Source: an uncultured Gemmatimonadales bacterium
Lineage (GTDB): Bacteria; Gemmatimonadota; Gemmatimonadetes; Palauibacterales; Palauibacteraceae
Direction: 5' to 3'
NCBI GenBank assembly: GCA_947259585.1
Contig: CAMYMV010000001.1
Coordinates: 20,135-84,134 of the forward strand
Length of the DNA: 64,000 nucleotides
The notes under the pieces are model-generated. The model was not told where the DNA came from and ran no database searches. It saw only the letters and a list, made by a program, of their open reading frames with translations. A program made the position numbers and the translations under genes. This document shows, one piece after another, positions 19,058-28,516 of this stretch; position 1 is the stretch's first letter; every line of letters begins with the position of its first letter.

Positions 19058-20221
19058 ATGAGCGAGCGCGGCGAGCCTTCCGGGCGCGGCGGAGACCCTC
19101 TCGGGCACTACCGGCAGGAGTTCCCGATCCTCGAGCGGAAGGTCTATCTGAACTCCAACTCTCTCGGTGCCCTCTCACGCCGGTCGATCTCGCACCGGCG
19201 TGAGTTCGAGCGCGACTGGAACGAGCTGGGTGCCAGCGCGTGGTACGATCGCTGGCTCGGCAAGCTCGAGCGCGTGCGGGCAGCCTTCGGGCGCACCGTG
19301 GGAGCGGGACCCGCCACGATCGCCCTCCTGCCCAGCATCTCCGCCGGACTGGCGGCCGTCGCGGGATCCGTGGACTTTCGCCGCCGCAACCGGGTGGTGG
19401 TTACGGAGCTCGACTTCCCGACGCTCTGTTACCAGTTCCTCTCGCGGGAGCCGACGGGCCTGGAGGTCGTGATGGTCGAGAGCCCCGACGGCATCGAAGT
19501 GCCGCTGGACCGGATCGAGGCCGCCGTGGATGACCGGACCGCGATCCTCGCGACGTCGCACGTCTTCTTCTCCTCCGGCGCCATCCAGGAGGTGGAGGAG
19601 CTGGCGAGCATAGCCCATCGGCACGGCGCTCTCCTGCTTCTTGATGCGTATCAATCGACCGGCCAGATCGCGGTGGACGTTGGAGCGTGGGGGGTGGATA
19701 TCCTCCTGTCGGGAGCCCTCAAGTGGCTGTGCGGCGGCCCCGGCCTCGCCTTCCTCTACGTGACGCCCGACCTCGACCTGCAGCCCACGACGCTCAGCTG
19801 GTTCGGCGTGGAGAACCAGTTCTCCTTCGACCCCAGGGCCGCCCGGCCGCACGCCGACGCACGCCGCTTCGAGCTCGGCACCCCGGCCGTGAGCGCCGCC
19901 TTTACGGCCGCCGGCGGCCTCGAGATCATCGAAGAAGTCGGAATCGACCGGATTCGAGATCGAAACCGGATGCTGGCCGCCGACCTGATCGACCGTCTCT
20001 CGGATGCCGGCTTCCGGCCCCACGTAGCGCGGGATCCGGCTTGCCGTTCAGCGGTCGTCCTCGCGGACCACCCCGATGCCGCCTCCGCCGTCGGAAGCCT
20101 GGCCGAGAGCGGGATCATCATCGACTACAGGAAGGACCGGGTACGGCTCTCCCCGCATTTCTACAACACGGTCGAGGAGAACCGGCTCGCCGTGGAAGCT
20201 CTGGCGGCGTGCCGGCCGTGA
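19058..20221 (+). CDS. kynureninase-like class V PLP-dependent enzyme
   Basis: YLNSNSLGAL near the N-terminus and the LSGALKWLCGGPGLAFLYV motif resemble kynureninase signatures. Confidence 0.7.
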   Translation: MSERGEPSGRGGDPLGHYRQEFPILERKVYLNSNSLGALSRRSISHRREFERDWNELGASAWYDRWLGKLERVRAAFGRTVGAGPATIALLPSISAGLAAVAGSVDFRRRNRVVVTELDFPTLCYQFLSREPTGLEVVMVESPDGIEVPLDRIEAAVDDRTAILATSHVFFSSGAIQEVEELASIAHRHGALLLLDAYQSTGQIAVDVGAWGVDILLSGALKWLCGGPGLAFLYVTPDLDLQPTTLSWFGVENQFSFDPRAARPHADARRFELGTPAVSAAFTAAGGLEIIEEVGIDRIRDRNRMLAADLIDRLSDAGFRPHVARDPACRSAVVLADHPDAASAVGSLAESGIIIDYRKDRVRLSPHFYNTVEENRLAVEALAACRP

Positions 20222-20246
20222 ATCGGTGCCGCGTCGCGGCCGTGAG

Positions 20247-22043
20247 TCAGTGCTCCAAACCTATGACGGCGTAGCCCTTCTCGTCACTGATCCATGCCAG
20301 GTAGACGTTGGCGGGTCGCGGCCGCGGTGTCGCCGTCGGCCCCAACCTCTCGGCCCGGACGCGTAGCACGGCGAGCCGTTCGGCCGACACGTCCGTGTAT
20401 CCGGCAGATGGTGCTTCCACGGCGGAAGCGGGCCGGCACGCGTCGATCGCATCCGGCGGCGCTACGTGGAGCTTCGACGGGCCTGCGCCTGGCGGGACGC
20501 TCGATCCCTTCCAGTGGCGCCCGCGACCCTCGTCCCGCAGCTCCCACTCGTAGCGCGTATCGGAACGGTATCGCGCCCCGACGGCGATGCCGAGATCCTC
20601 GAAGCTCACACCGAAGCCGGGGCCCGAGGCATCCGTGCACTCGACCAGGACGCCCTCGATCGGCGACACGCGACCGAACCAGTAGTCCACCGTCTTGTCC
20701 CGGCGAGCGATGAGGATCGCCGCGAGCGTGTCGGCGGCGCGCCGATCGGGAAGCTCGCCGGCCTCGACCGCGGCTCGAATCAGCCCGTCGCTGAACCGGG
20801 CGACGATCTTCGCCGCCCAATACCCATCGGCGGCCGTGGCCGATCGGAACGCGGCGTTCGGCCAGTTCGGCTTCCACGCGCCGGGCCGGTAGCTGTCGAC
20901 GGGGATCCAGCCGATCGACGGGTCGATGACCTCGAACTCCTTTTCCTCCCAACCCACCTGGTAGAAACCGAAGGTTGGCAGGCGGGCGAGGAAGGCCCAG
21001 ACGTCGAAGTTGTACTCCATGCCCTCTCTGGGATTGTGGGGGCGAATCGTGCCGCTTCCGAGCGTGGCCCCGAAGTCCTGCAGGTAGTGCCGCAGATAAC
21101 CCGGAGGGTCGATCCAGACATCCATGGTGTTGGCGAAGCGCATGTCTACGTGATTGGTCCAGGCGGAGATCACATAGAGTCCTCTCAGCTCGCGTCTGTT
21201 CTGGTGCAGGTAATAGTCGTTCGGGTCGTCCTTGCGGGTCCCTCGGAAACGGAAGGGACCCTTGGGCGGCCCAGGCAGCAGCTTGCTGGCGATCGCCCGG
21301 TATCGGCCGTCGGCCAGCGGGGAGGTCTGCTCGAGGACCTCCTGCACCTCTTCCTCCGTGGGAGACTCCTGCTCCTCCGCGGGCGTCTCATCGTCCCCCG
21401 TGGGCGTCTCCCCTTCCCCCGCGGGCGCCTCCTCGTCCCCCGAGATTACGAGGAACGTCGGGTCGAAGGTCACCAGGTAGTCCTCGGGCGCGTGGAAGCC
21501 CGCCGCCCAGAAGAGTCGGTTGGAGATCGTGTTCGCGGCGCTCGCCAGATAGAGGTTCTCGGGCGGATCGAACTTGAACAGGTAGACGTCGCCCTTGCCG
21601 TCCTCGACCCAGAAGCCGGGCGAGATCCCCGCCCCCTTCAGCCGAGTGACGGTGAAGGGGGGACGGGGCCGGCCTTCGAGAGAGGTGGGTCCAAGCCTCA
21701 TCTCCTCCTCCGAGAGATCGCGCCGCGTGATCCGATGCTCGAACCACGCCGAGCTCACGACCTCGTCGAAGTGTGTGACGTTCAACGCCTCGTTCCGGTA
21801 GATCCAGTCGTCCGGATCGAAGGGCTGCCCCAACTCTCCAACCGTCGACTCCCGGATGAGGGGCCAGATCTCCGCCGGCTCCCTCTCCTCGGGCTCGTGG
21901 ATCGGGAGCGTATCCGCGAAGGGGATCGGCTGCGGGCGAAGCGCGAGCGGCGGAAGACTGCCTCCTCGCGAGCATCCGGAGAGCGCAACCGCCCCCAGGG
22001 CCAGGGCCAGCGCCGCCGCCAGCGGCCGATCCCTGCCGAGCAT
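20247..22043 (-). CDS. large hypothetical lipoprotein with acidic Glu/Pro/Thr repeat region
   Basis: The internal start MLGRDRPLAAALALALGAVALSGC has lipobox LSGC. The ATG overlaps the stop of the upstream Omp85-like gene (ATGA). It contains an EEAPAGEGETPTGDDETPAEEQESPTEEE low-complexity block. Confidence 0.65.
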   Translation of the reverse strand: MLGRDRPLAAALALALGAVALSGCSRGGSLPPLALRPQPIPFADTLPIHEPEEREPAEIWPLIRESTVGELGQPFDPDDWIYRNEALNVTHFDEVVSSAWFEHRITRRDLSEEEMRLGPTSLEGRPRPPFTVTRLKGAGISPGFWVEDGKGDVYLFKFDPPENLYLASAANTISNRLFWAAGFHAPEDYLVTFDPTFLVISGDEEAPAGEGETPTGDDETPAEEQESPTEEEVQEVLEQTSPLADGRYRAIASKLLPGPPKGPFRFRGTRKDDPNDYYLHQNRRELRGLYVISAWTNHVDMRFANTMDVWIDPPGYLRHYLQDFGATLGSGTIRPHNPREGMEYNFDVWAFLARLPTFGFYQVGWEEKEFEVIDPSIGWIPVDSYRPGAWKPNWPNAAFRSATAADGYWAAKIVARFSDGLIRAAVEAGELPDRRAADTLAAILIARRDKTVDYWFGRVSPIEGVLVECTDASGPGFGVSFEDLGIAVGARYRSDTRYEWELRDEGRGRHWKGSSVPPGAGPSKLHVAPPDAIDACRPASAVEAPSAGYTDVSAERLAVLRVRAERLGPTATPRPRPANVYLAWISDEKGYAVIGLEH

Positions 22044-23455
22044 CAGAAGTCCGAGATGAGGCGGAAGCCGAACCGGAAACCCTCGTCGCCCCAGGCGAAG
22101 AAGAAGTGGGCGCCGGGACCGGTCTGGGTGGCGAAGCGGAGCCCGAAGCCCCAGTCGTTCCTGAGGGAGGTGATCTCGCTGATGCTGGGCATCACCGTAC
22201 CGGAGTCCCAAAACACGAACCACTCCGCCCGCGACCGGTCCTGCAGCTCGCGCCATGCCTCGTAACGCCACTCCACCGTCCAGGTGAGCCTGTCCCTGTC
22301 GCGGAAGCGGGCGGTCGTGAAGCCGCGCAGATTCTGATCGCCCCCCAGCTCCGCAAGGTAGTAGAAGGGCACGCCCTGTCCCCAACCGGGGTTGCTCTCG
22401 ACGAGGGCGCGGAGAGCGAACGATTGCCGCTGGTTGAAGGGGATGTAGCCCTGGACCTCGCCCTGCAGGCGTAGAAAGTCGGAGTCCGTGGACCCGGTGC
22501 CGCCGTAGTAGAAGGCCTCGCCGATGAATCGCACGCCTCGTGGCTGCAGGATGTCGATGTGCGAGAAGTCGACGGTCGCTTTCGTCCCGGCGACGACGTA
22601 GTTGACGACGTCGAGCGATCCGTACAGGGAGTCGGGATCGAAGGTCTCACGTATGTCGGGCAGATCGTCGTTCTGCCCGGCGCCCGTACGGTTCGTCTCC
22701 CATCCCGCGACGCTGTTGAAGGTCAAGTGATCGGAGACCTCCGCCTTCCATAGTCCCCCCAGCTGAATCTGCTCCCACTCGTAGTTGGATTTGTCGTCCT
22801 CCCTCGAGTCGATACCAACGCCCCAGAACTGGGCTTCGGTGAGCCTCCGGAACTTGGCGCCGGCATCGGTCAGCCTGTCCTCCGTCGTCACTCCGAAGGC
22901 AACGTACGCAGCACCGGGAGACTGGATCAGCGAGACGGCCCCTTCGATGAAAGCCGGGGCGAAACGGGTAAGGCGAAGCTGTATGCCGTCGCCCGCGTTG
23001 TATCCCAGCGACTCGACGGAGGGCTCCAGCCCCCACTCGACCATCCTGTCGTAAATGTTCGGTCCTTTGCCCTCGGGCAGCAGCTGGCTGATGCCTGCCG
23101 CCGCGACGCCGACCCCGGCAGCCAGCAGACGGAGCGGCAGCATCGCGAGCGCGAGGGGCAGTCCGACGTAGTCGCGAGCATCCGGCGGATGGCGGGCGGG
23201 AGGCCGCTGGAGGAGGGCCCGGATCTTGTCGGCGCTGTCGGGGGAAACCGGGCCACCCCGCTCCTGCGCCATGGTAGCCCGGATCGGCGCTTCGGCGGCG
23301 TAACGTGCGGGGATGGAGTCGCCGGCCTGCGCCTGGAGCGCCTCCGGACGAGCCATCAGAGGAGCGAAGATGAGAAGCCACAGCCCCACGGCTACCCGAG
23401 AGGGGTATGCAACCGTGTGACGAGAGTGGGATTTGGAGCTAAAGTACCCAAACAT
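22043..23455 (-). CDS. Omp85/BamA-superfamily outer-membrane beta-barrel protein (about 470 aa)
   Basis: C-terminal aromatic-rich alternating strands ending FRLISDF (terminal Phe). GGDQNLRGF matches the Omp85 loop-6 VRGF/Y motif. The N-terminal signal-like segment is VAVGLWLLIFAPLMA. The start is chosen at the MFGYF ATG and is uncertain. Confidence 0.65.
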   Translation of the reverse strand: MFGYFSSKSHSRHTVAYPSRVAVGLWLLIFAPLMARPEALQAQAGDSIPARYAAEAPIRATMAQERGGPVSPDSADKIRALLQRPPARHPPDARDYVGLPLALAMLPLRLLAAGVGVAAAGISQLLPEGKGPNIYDRMVEWGLEPSVESLGYNAGDGIQLRLTRFAPAFIEGAVSLIQSPGAAYVAFGVTTEDRLTDAGAKFRRLTEAQFWGVGIDSREDDKSNYEWEQIQLGGLWKAEVSDHLTFNSVAGWETNRTGAGQNDDLPDIRETFDPDSLYGSLDVVNYVVAGTKATVDFSHIDILQPRGVRFIGEAFYYGGTGSTDSDFLRLQGEVQGYIPFNQRQSFALRALVESNPGWGQGVPFYYLAELGGDQNLRGFTTARFRDRDRLTWTVEWRYEAWRELQDRSRAEWFVFWDSGTVMPSISEITSLRNDWGFGLRFATQTGPGAHFFFAWGDEGFRFGFRLISDF

Positions 23456-23786
23456 TGGCGCCGTTTCGTGTGAGCTTCGGACCGTTGCGTCCTCCAGCCC
23501 GTTCCCGGCGGCTCGAAGGGCGTCCATTCTGTCACTACCTGAACGTCAGGACCAGTCGTGGCGGTTTCATGCCGCGTTGGCCGACGGCGCCGACAGGACC
23601 GCACACATCGGGTGCCATATAGGCGGACAGCGCCTCATCGGGCACCCGCGAGTGGGCCCGGATCGTGCACTGGATCTCGCCCAGGCGCCCCCGGGTCCGA
23701 GCTGATGGAGTCGACCGTGGGCACACGACGAATGCACGAGAGGTGAGCTGAAATCGGTGCTCGCACCGCATAAATCGGGAGCTGGA

Positions 23787-26432
23787 ATGAGCGAAGAGGA
23801 CAGGACTCTCAACGACCGACTGGACGACGGTAACGAGTCGGATGGCGACGTGGTGGAGACCGGCGCGGACGACGACCGGCCCGAACGCACCCGCCTTCCG
23901 GTGGTCCCGCTTCGGGGCACCGTCACCTTCCCCGCGGTGGCGGCGCCGATCGCCGCCGGCCGGGAGATGACGCTCAAGGCGATCGAAGCCGCGGTCGCCG
24001 GCGACAAGCGCATCTTCGCCGTCGCTCAGAAAGACGCCGAGGTCGAAGAGCCCGATGCCGATGATCTGTATCGGGTCGGAACCGTCGCCCGGATCGCGCA
24101 GATGCAGAGAGTGCCCGGTGGGGTGCAGATGGTCATCCAGGGCGAAGAGCGCGGGGCCGCGCTCGAGTACTCCGTCCGGGATGGCTTCGTGGAGGTCGTC
24201 AGCAGGCGCATGGAGGACATGCCGCCGCTGGACCCAGAGGAATCGGCTTTCGCTGCCCTCTACAAAGAGGTACGCGAGCGAGCGGCCGAGCTGAGTCGGC
24301 TCCGCGGCGTCCCGAAGGAGATCGTCGATCATCTGCTGGGCGGAATCTCCACGCCCGGCGAGCTGGCCGATCTCGTCGCCTTCTACACCGAGCTCGATAC
24401 CGATGAGAAGCAGGAGCTTCTGGAGACCCTGTCCGTCGAGGACCGCCTGCGGAAGCTGCTTATCCACCTGCAACGGCAGATCGGCGTCTTGGAGGCGCAG
24501 GAACAGATCCGATCGAAGGTCCAGGAGGAGCTCGGCGAGCGGCAACGCGAGATCTTCCTGCGCGAGCAGCTGAAGGCGATCCACAAAGAGCTGGGGGAGG
24601 ACGTCGACAGCCAGGAAGCCGAGGAGCTCCGTGAGCGCCTCGAAGCGCTTCACATTCCGGAGGAGGCTCGCAAGGAGGTCGACCGCGAGCTGCGCAGGCT
24701 GGAGCGAATCCCCCGAGAGACCGCAGAGGCACAGGTGATTCGCACCTACCTGGAGATCGTGGCGGACCTGCCCTGGTCGAAGAAGACGGAGAGCCGGCTG
24801 GACTTGAAGGCGGCGGAAGTGATCCTCGAGCGGGACCACTACGGACTTCAGGACGTCAAGGACCGTGTGCTGGACTTCCTCGCGGTGCGGAAGCTCCACG
24901 AGGAGAAGAACGGGGTGGCCGAAGCCGAGCCGCCGACCGATGGCCCCGTTGTGACCGAAGGTAAGGGCGGGAACGGCCTCGCCGACGAGCCAAAAGCGGC
25001 GGAGGTCGAAGATGCCGGCGAGAACGACGAGCCGGACGCGCCGCTAGCGGAGCACATCGGGCACACGGATGACCGAACGGGCTCCACGCTCCTGTTCGTG
25101 GGACCACCGGGCGTCGGCAAGACATCGATCGCCAAGTCCATCGCGGAGGCGATGGGCCGCAAGTACGTGCGCGTTTCACTCGGCGGTGCCAGGGACGAGG
25201 CGGATATCAGGGGTCACCGGCGGACCTACGTCGGCGCGCTTCCAGGCCGCATCGTCGAAGGCCTCAAGCGAGCCGGAACCCGGAATCCGGTCTTCCTCCT
25301 CGACGAGGTCGACAAGCTGGGCGTCTCTTTTCAGGGTGATCCGTCGGCCGCCCTCATGGAGGTGTTGGATCCGGCGCAGAACAACGCCTTCGTGGATCAC
25401 TACCTCGGCGTGCCGTTCGATCTCTCGGACGTCTTCTTCATCGCCACGGCCAACTTCTGGGACCAGATTCCCGGACCCCTGCGCGACCGAATGGAAGCGA
25501 TCGAGTTCCTGGGCTATACGGAGGGCGAGAAGCTGGAGATCGCCAAGCGCTTTCTGCTGCCGCGCCAGGTCGAGGAGAGCGGCCTCGAGAGAGACCAGAT
25601 CGACGTCGCGGACGAGGCCATTCGAGACGTGATTGCCAGCTATACCCGGGAGGCGGGCGTCCGCAACCTCGAGCGCGAGCTCGGAGCGATCGCGCGAAAG
25701 TCAGCGCGAAAGGTCGCGTCCGGAGACGCGGAGAGCGTGACCGTCGGGGCCGATGACCTGCGCGACCTCCTCGGTCAGCCCAAGGTCCACCCGGAGCGGA
25801 TGCTCGAGAAGGACAGGATCGGCATAGCGACCGGCATGTCGTATACCCCGGCTGGGGGCGACATCATGGTCGTCGAGACCTTTGTGCGCGCCGGCAAGGA
25901 GGAGCTCCAACTGACGGGCCACCTCGGCGATGTCATGAAGGAGAGCGCCCAGGCCGCATTGACATACGCTCTCGGCCACGCCGACGAGCTTGACATCCCG
26001 GACAACGAGATGCGTTCGATTCACGTGCATGTGCCCGCGGGCGCCGTGCCCAAGGAGGGGCCGTCGGCCGGTATCGCCATGGCGGCCTCGCTGGTGAGCG
26101 CGCTCAGCGGCCGGCCGGTTCGACACGACGTGGCGATGACCGGAGAGATCACGCTCACCGGCCGGGTCCGTGCGATCGGGGGTGTGAAGGAGAAGGTGCT
26201 CGGTGCGTACCGGGCCGGCATTCGCGAGATCATCCTTCCGCGGGACAACGAGGGAGACCTTGAGGAGCTGCCCGACCGCGTCAGGGAGCAGACGACCTTC
26301 CACCTGGTCGACAGGCTCGGGGAGGCGATGGCGGTGGCGATTCCGAGCGGAGCTTCGGCGGCATCGACCGATGCGGGAGACGGGAAGCCGTCCGCGAAGC
26401 CGAAACCGAAAAAGAAGGCCGTCGCGACCTAG
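23787..26432 (+). CDS. lon: ATP-dependent Lon protease
   Basis: Lon N-domain, Walker A GPPGVGKTS, and protease domain with PKEGPSAGIAM (catalytic Ser). GGGAG RBS before the ATG at 23787. An acidic insertion of about 50 aa precedes the Walker A. Confidence 0.95.
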   Translation: MSEEDRTLNDRLDDGNESDGDVVETGADDDRPERTRLPVVPLRGTVTFPAVAAPIAAGREMTLKAIEAAVAGDKRIFAVAQKDAEVEEPDADDLYRVGTVARIAQMQRVPGGVQMVIQGEERGAALEYSVRDGFVEVVSRRMEDMPPLDPEESAFAALYKEVRERAAELSRLRGVPKEIVDHLLGGISTPGELADLVAFYTELDTDEKQELLETLSVEDRLRKLLIHLQRQIGVLEAQEQIRSKVQEELGERQREIFLREQLKAIHKELGEDVDSQEAEELRERLEALHIPEEARKEVDRELRRLERIPRETAEAQVIRTYLEIVADLPWSKKTESRLDLKAAEVILERDHYGLQDVKDRVLDFLAVRKLHEEKNGVAEAEPPTDGPVVTEGKGGNGLADEPKAAEVEDAGENDEPDAPLAEHIGHTDDRTGSTLLFVGPPGVGKTSIAKSIAEAMGRKYVRVSLGGARDEADIRGHRRTYVGALPGRIVEGLKRAGTRNPVFLLDEVDKLGVSFQGDPSAALMEVLDPAQNNAFVDHYLGVPFDLSDVFFIATANFWDQIPGPLRDRMEAIEFLGYTEGEKLEIAKRFLLPRQVEESGLERDQIDVADEAIRDVIASYTREAGVRNLERELGAIARKSARKVASGDAESVTVGADDLRDLLGQPKVHPERMLEKDRIGIATGMSYTPAGGDIMVVETFVRAGKEELQLTGHLGDVMKESAQAALTYALGHADELDIPDNEMRSIHVHVPAGAVPKEGPSAGIAMAASLVSALSGRPVRHDVAMTGEITLTGRVRAIGGVKEKVLGAYRAGIREIILPRDNEGDLEELPDRVREQTTFHLVDRLGEAMAVAIPSGASAASTDAGDGKPSAKPKPKKKAVAT

Positions 26433-26471
26433 GCGAGGCGCCGCGCCGCACGAACGCGGCGGAGGGTGGAC

Positions 26472-27107
26472 CTAGAGCAGCAGCTCGGCGACCTCGGCGG
26501 GCCGGGCGAGCCAGTAGTCAGGCTCCCCCGCCTCGAGGTCGTCCCTTCCGAACGGCCCCCACAGCGCGGCAGCGGTCAACGTTCCGGCCGCGCGGCCGGC
26601 CATCAGATCCCAGATCGCATCGCCGACGAAGAGCGCCCGCCCGGCGTCGCCGACGCTCGCCCGATCAAGCGCCAACGTGACCGGACCCGGATCCGGCTTG
26701 TGCGGAACGGGGTCGTCGGCAGTGACAAAGGCATCGAACCACTCGAGGCTGAGGCCGCAGGACTCCAATCCGCGAAGCGCCATGTCACCCAGCTTGCTGG
26801 TGACGACGCCGAGTCGGTAGCCCGCGGCCCGGAGCCGCCTCAGCGTGTCATCCATGCCTGGAAACGGCCGGAGAGCGTCGTCGTGGGTTCTGGCGTTGTG
26901 CCGGCGGTAGGTCTCCATCATCGACAGGGCCTGATTCTCGTCGCTCGCGAAGCCTCTGAGTTGAATGACCAGCGGCTTGCCCATGTTCACGAGCCAGGCC
27001 TCGTCGGGAGGTACCCAGCCCAGGTGGGCCTCCATCGTATGACGGTAGGAGCCCAGGATGAGCTCGCGCGAATCGATCAGGGTGCCGTCGAGGTCGAACA
27101 GGACCAT
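26472..27107 (-). CDS. HAD-superfamily hydrolase (phosphoglycolate phosphatase-like)
   Basis: MVLFDLDGTLIDS is HAD motif I (DxDGT), with a downstream GDAIWD motif. The start is taken at the internal ATG. Confidence 0.75.
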   Translation of the reverse strand: MVLFDLDGTLIDSRELILGSYRHTMEAHLGWVPPDEAWLVNMGKPLVIQLRGFASDENQALSMMETYRRHNARTHDDALRPFPGMDDTLRRLRAAGYRLGVVTSKLGDMALRGLESCGLSLEWFDAFVTADDPVPHKPDPGPVTLALDRASVGDAGRALFVGDAIWDLMAGRAAGTLTAAALWGPFGRDDLEAGEPDYWLARPAEVAELLL

Positions 27108-27159
27108 CTCCACCGACCCGAATCCCCTCTCGGGCCGCAGATCCTCGCTCACCGCGGCC

Positions 27160-28422
27160 TCAGACCGGCGCCCACGGCTTCGCCACTCTCTCGAATTCTG
27201 CCTTGAAGCTGGCCGCGCTGATTCCGCATACGGCGGCCAGCTCCTCGAGCCGGCGCGGTGATTCGAAGTCCCTGTCACGGAGTCGAATCATGTAGCGTTG
27301 GGCGATCCGGAACCTGGTGGATTCCGTGTCCACCATTCGGACCGCCATCCGGCCCGTCTCGGAATCCAGAAGATCAAGCAGGGGCACCGGCAGGAAGCTG
27401 CCTCCCTGCATGGTGATAAGGACGCCGCTGCCGCCGTCGCTCAGACACCTGGAAGCGCAGAACCCCAGGTCTCTCGTGTACTCCAGATCGTATGGGATCG
27501 GGTCCGCGCAGCGCAGCTCGTAGCCGATGTTCTTGGCCACTATGGTGGGCTGGATGCCGAAGGCCGCCAGTCGCGCTTTCACTCCCTGCTTCAGGATTCC
27601 GCCGACGTCCACTTCCGCCAGCCTCACGTGACCGTGATCATCGCGCTCGACGCCATCCAGCACTGCGAGCTGCCCCTCGGAGAGCCCGAGAATCACCCCC
27701 TCCGCCACGACCGCCACCCCGTCCGATCTTCCATCTGCCAGCCGCTTGATGATCGACCCCGTCAGCGTGTCGACGATCGAATCCAGTTTGGCGCTCCCGT
27801 CGCCGAACTCCTCCGGGGTGAGGGTGATCGTCGCGGCGGCCGCCTTGCCGATCCCGAGGGCCAGGTGGCCGGCCTTGCGCCCCATCGCGACGGCGAAGTA
27901 CCAGCGGGCGGTCGTCTGCGCGTCGGTCATCAGGGTCTTCACCACCCGAACGCCGGCGTGACGTGCGGTCTGGTAGCCGAAGGTGTCGCAGTCCGGCGGA
28001 AGGGCGAGATCGTTGTCGATCGTCTTGGGCACGTGCACCACGCGGATGGACCCTGCCGCCCGCTCCGCCACCCTGGTGGCGGAGTACGCAGTATCGTCGC
28101 CTCCGATCGTGATGAGGCCCGTGATGCCGAGATCCGTCAGTGTTTGAACGACGCGATCCAGTGACGTGGCATCGGTCGTCGGGTTGGCTCGCGAAGTCCG
28201 CAGGCACGATCCGCCGGAGAAGTGGATCCGACTCACGTCCTCGATCGTCAACCGCGCCACGTGTTGATCGTTCCCCCGCATCAGCCACTTGAAGCCGTCG
28301 AAGATGCCCACCACGTCGACGCCGTCCAGCACGCTGCGTATCGTTGCCGCCCCGATCACGCTGTTGATGCCGGGAGCGGGCCCCCCTCCGACGAGTATTC
28401 CGAAACGTTCCTTAGCGTTCAT
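27160..28422 (-). CDS. pfp: 6-phosphofructokinase, predicted pyrophosphate-dependent type (about 420 aa)
   Basis: GGGPAPGINSVI, TIGGDDTAYSA and PKTIDNDL. The Asp in GGDD and Lys in PKTIDND are the residues associated with PPi-dependent PFKs (positions 104/124 in E. coli numbering). Confidence 0.8.
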   Translation of the reverse strand: MNAKERFGILVGGGPAPGINSVIGAATIRSVLDGVDVVGIFDGFKWLMRGNDQHVARLTIEDVSRIHFSGGSCLRTSRANPTTDATSLDRVVQTLTDLGITGLITIGGDDTAYSATRVAERAAGSIRVVHVPKTIDNDLALPPDCDTFGYQTARHAGVRVVKTLMTDAQTTARWYFAVAMGRKAGHLALGIGKAAAATITLTPEEFGDGSAKLDSIVDTLTGSIIKRLADGRSDGVAVVAEGVILGLSEGQLAVLDGVERDDHGHVRLAEVDVGGILKQGVKARLAAFGIQPTIVAKNIGYELRCADPIPYDLEYTRDLGFCASRCLSDGGSGVLITMQGGSFLPVPLLDLLDSETGRMAVRMVDTESTRFRIAQRYMIRLRDRDFESPRRLEELAAVCGISAASFKAEFERVAKPWAPV

Positions 28423-28516
28423 CTTGGGACTCCGAACCGAGTATTCGCGGAGGATGCCTCCGCCGCTCGAGCACTTAGATTAGCACTTTGACCGGATCAC
28501 TTCACGTGAGAGCCGA

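Noticed and set aside
17315-19108. Full 597-aa aminotransferase ORF including 150-codon N-terminal extension
   Set aside because: The extension is Ser/Arg/Ala-rich, has no homology context, and overlaps the separate zinc-ribbon ORF frame region. The family-typical N-terminus begins at the internal ATG at 18658.
20466-22265. 599-aa plus-strand ORF antisense to the lipoprotein gene
   Set aside because: Low-complexity Arg/Pro/Gly-rich translation with no start context. The minus-strand gene has a lipobox and a coupled start.
23456-23786. About 330-bp non-coding region upstream of lon examined for tRNA or sRNA
   Set aside because: No tRNA-like cloverleaf landmarks (the TTCGA T-loop, or an acceptor/T-stem complement) or obvious terminator hairpins were seen by eye. 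It is probably just the lon promoter and leader.
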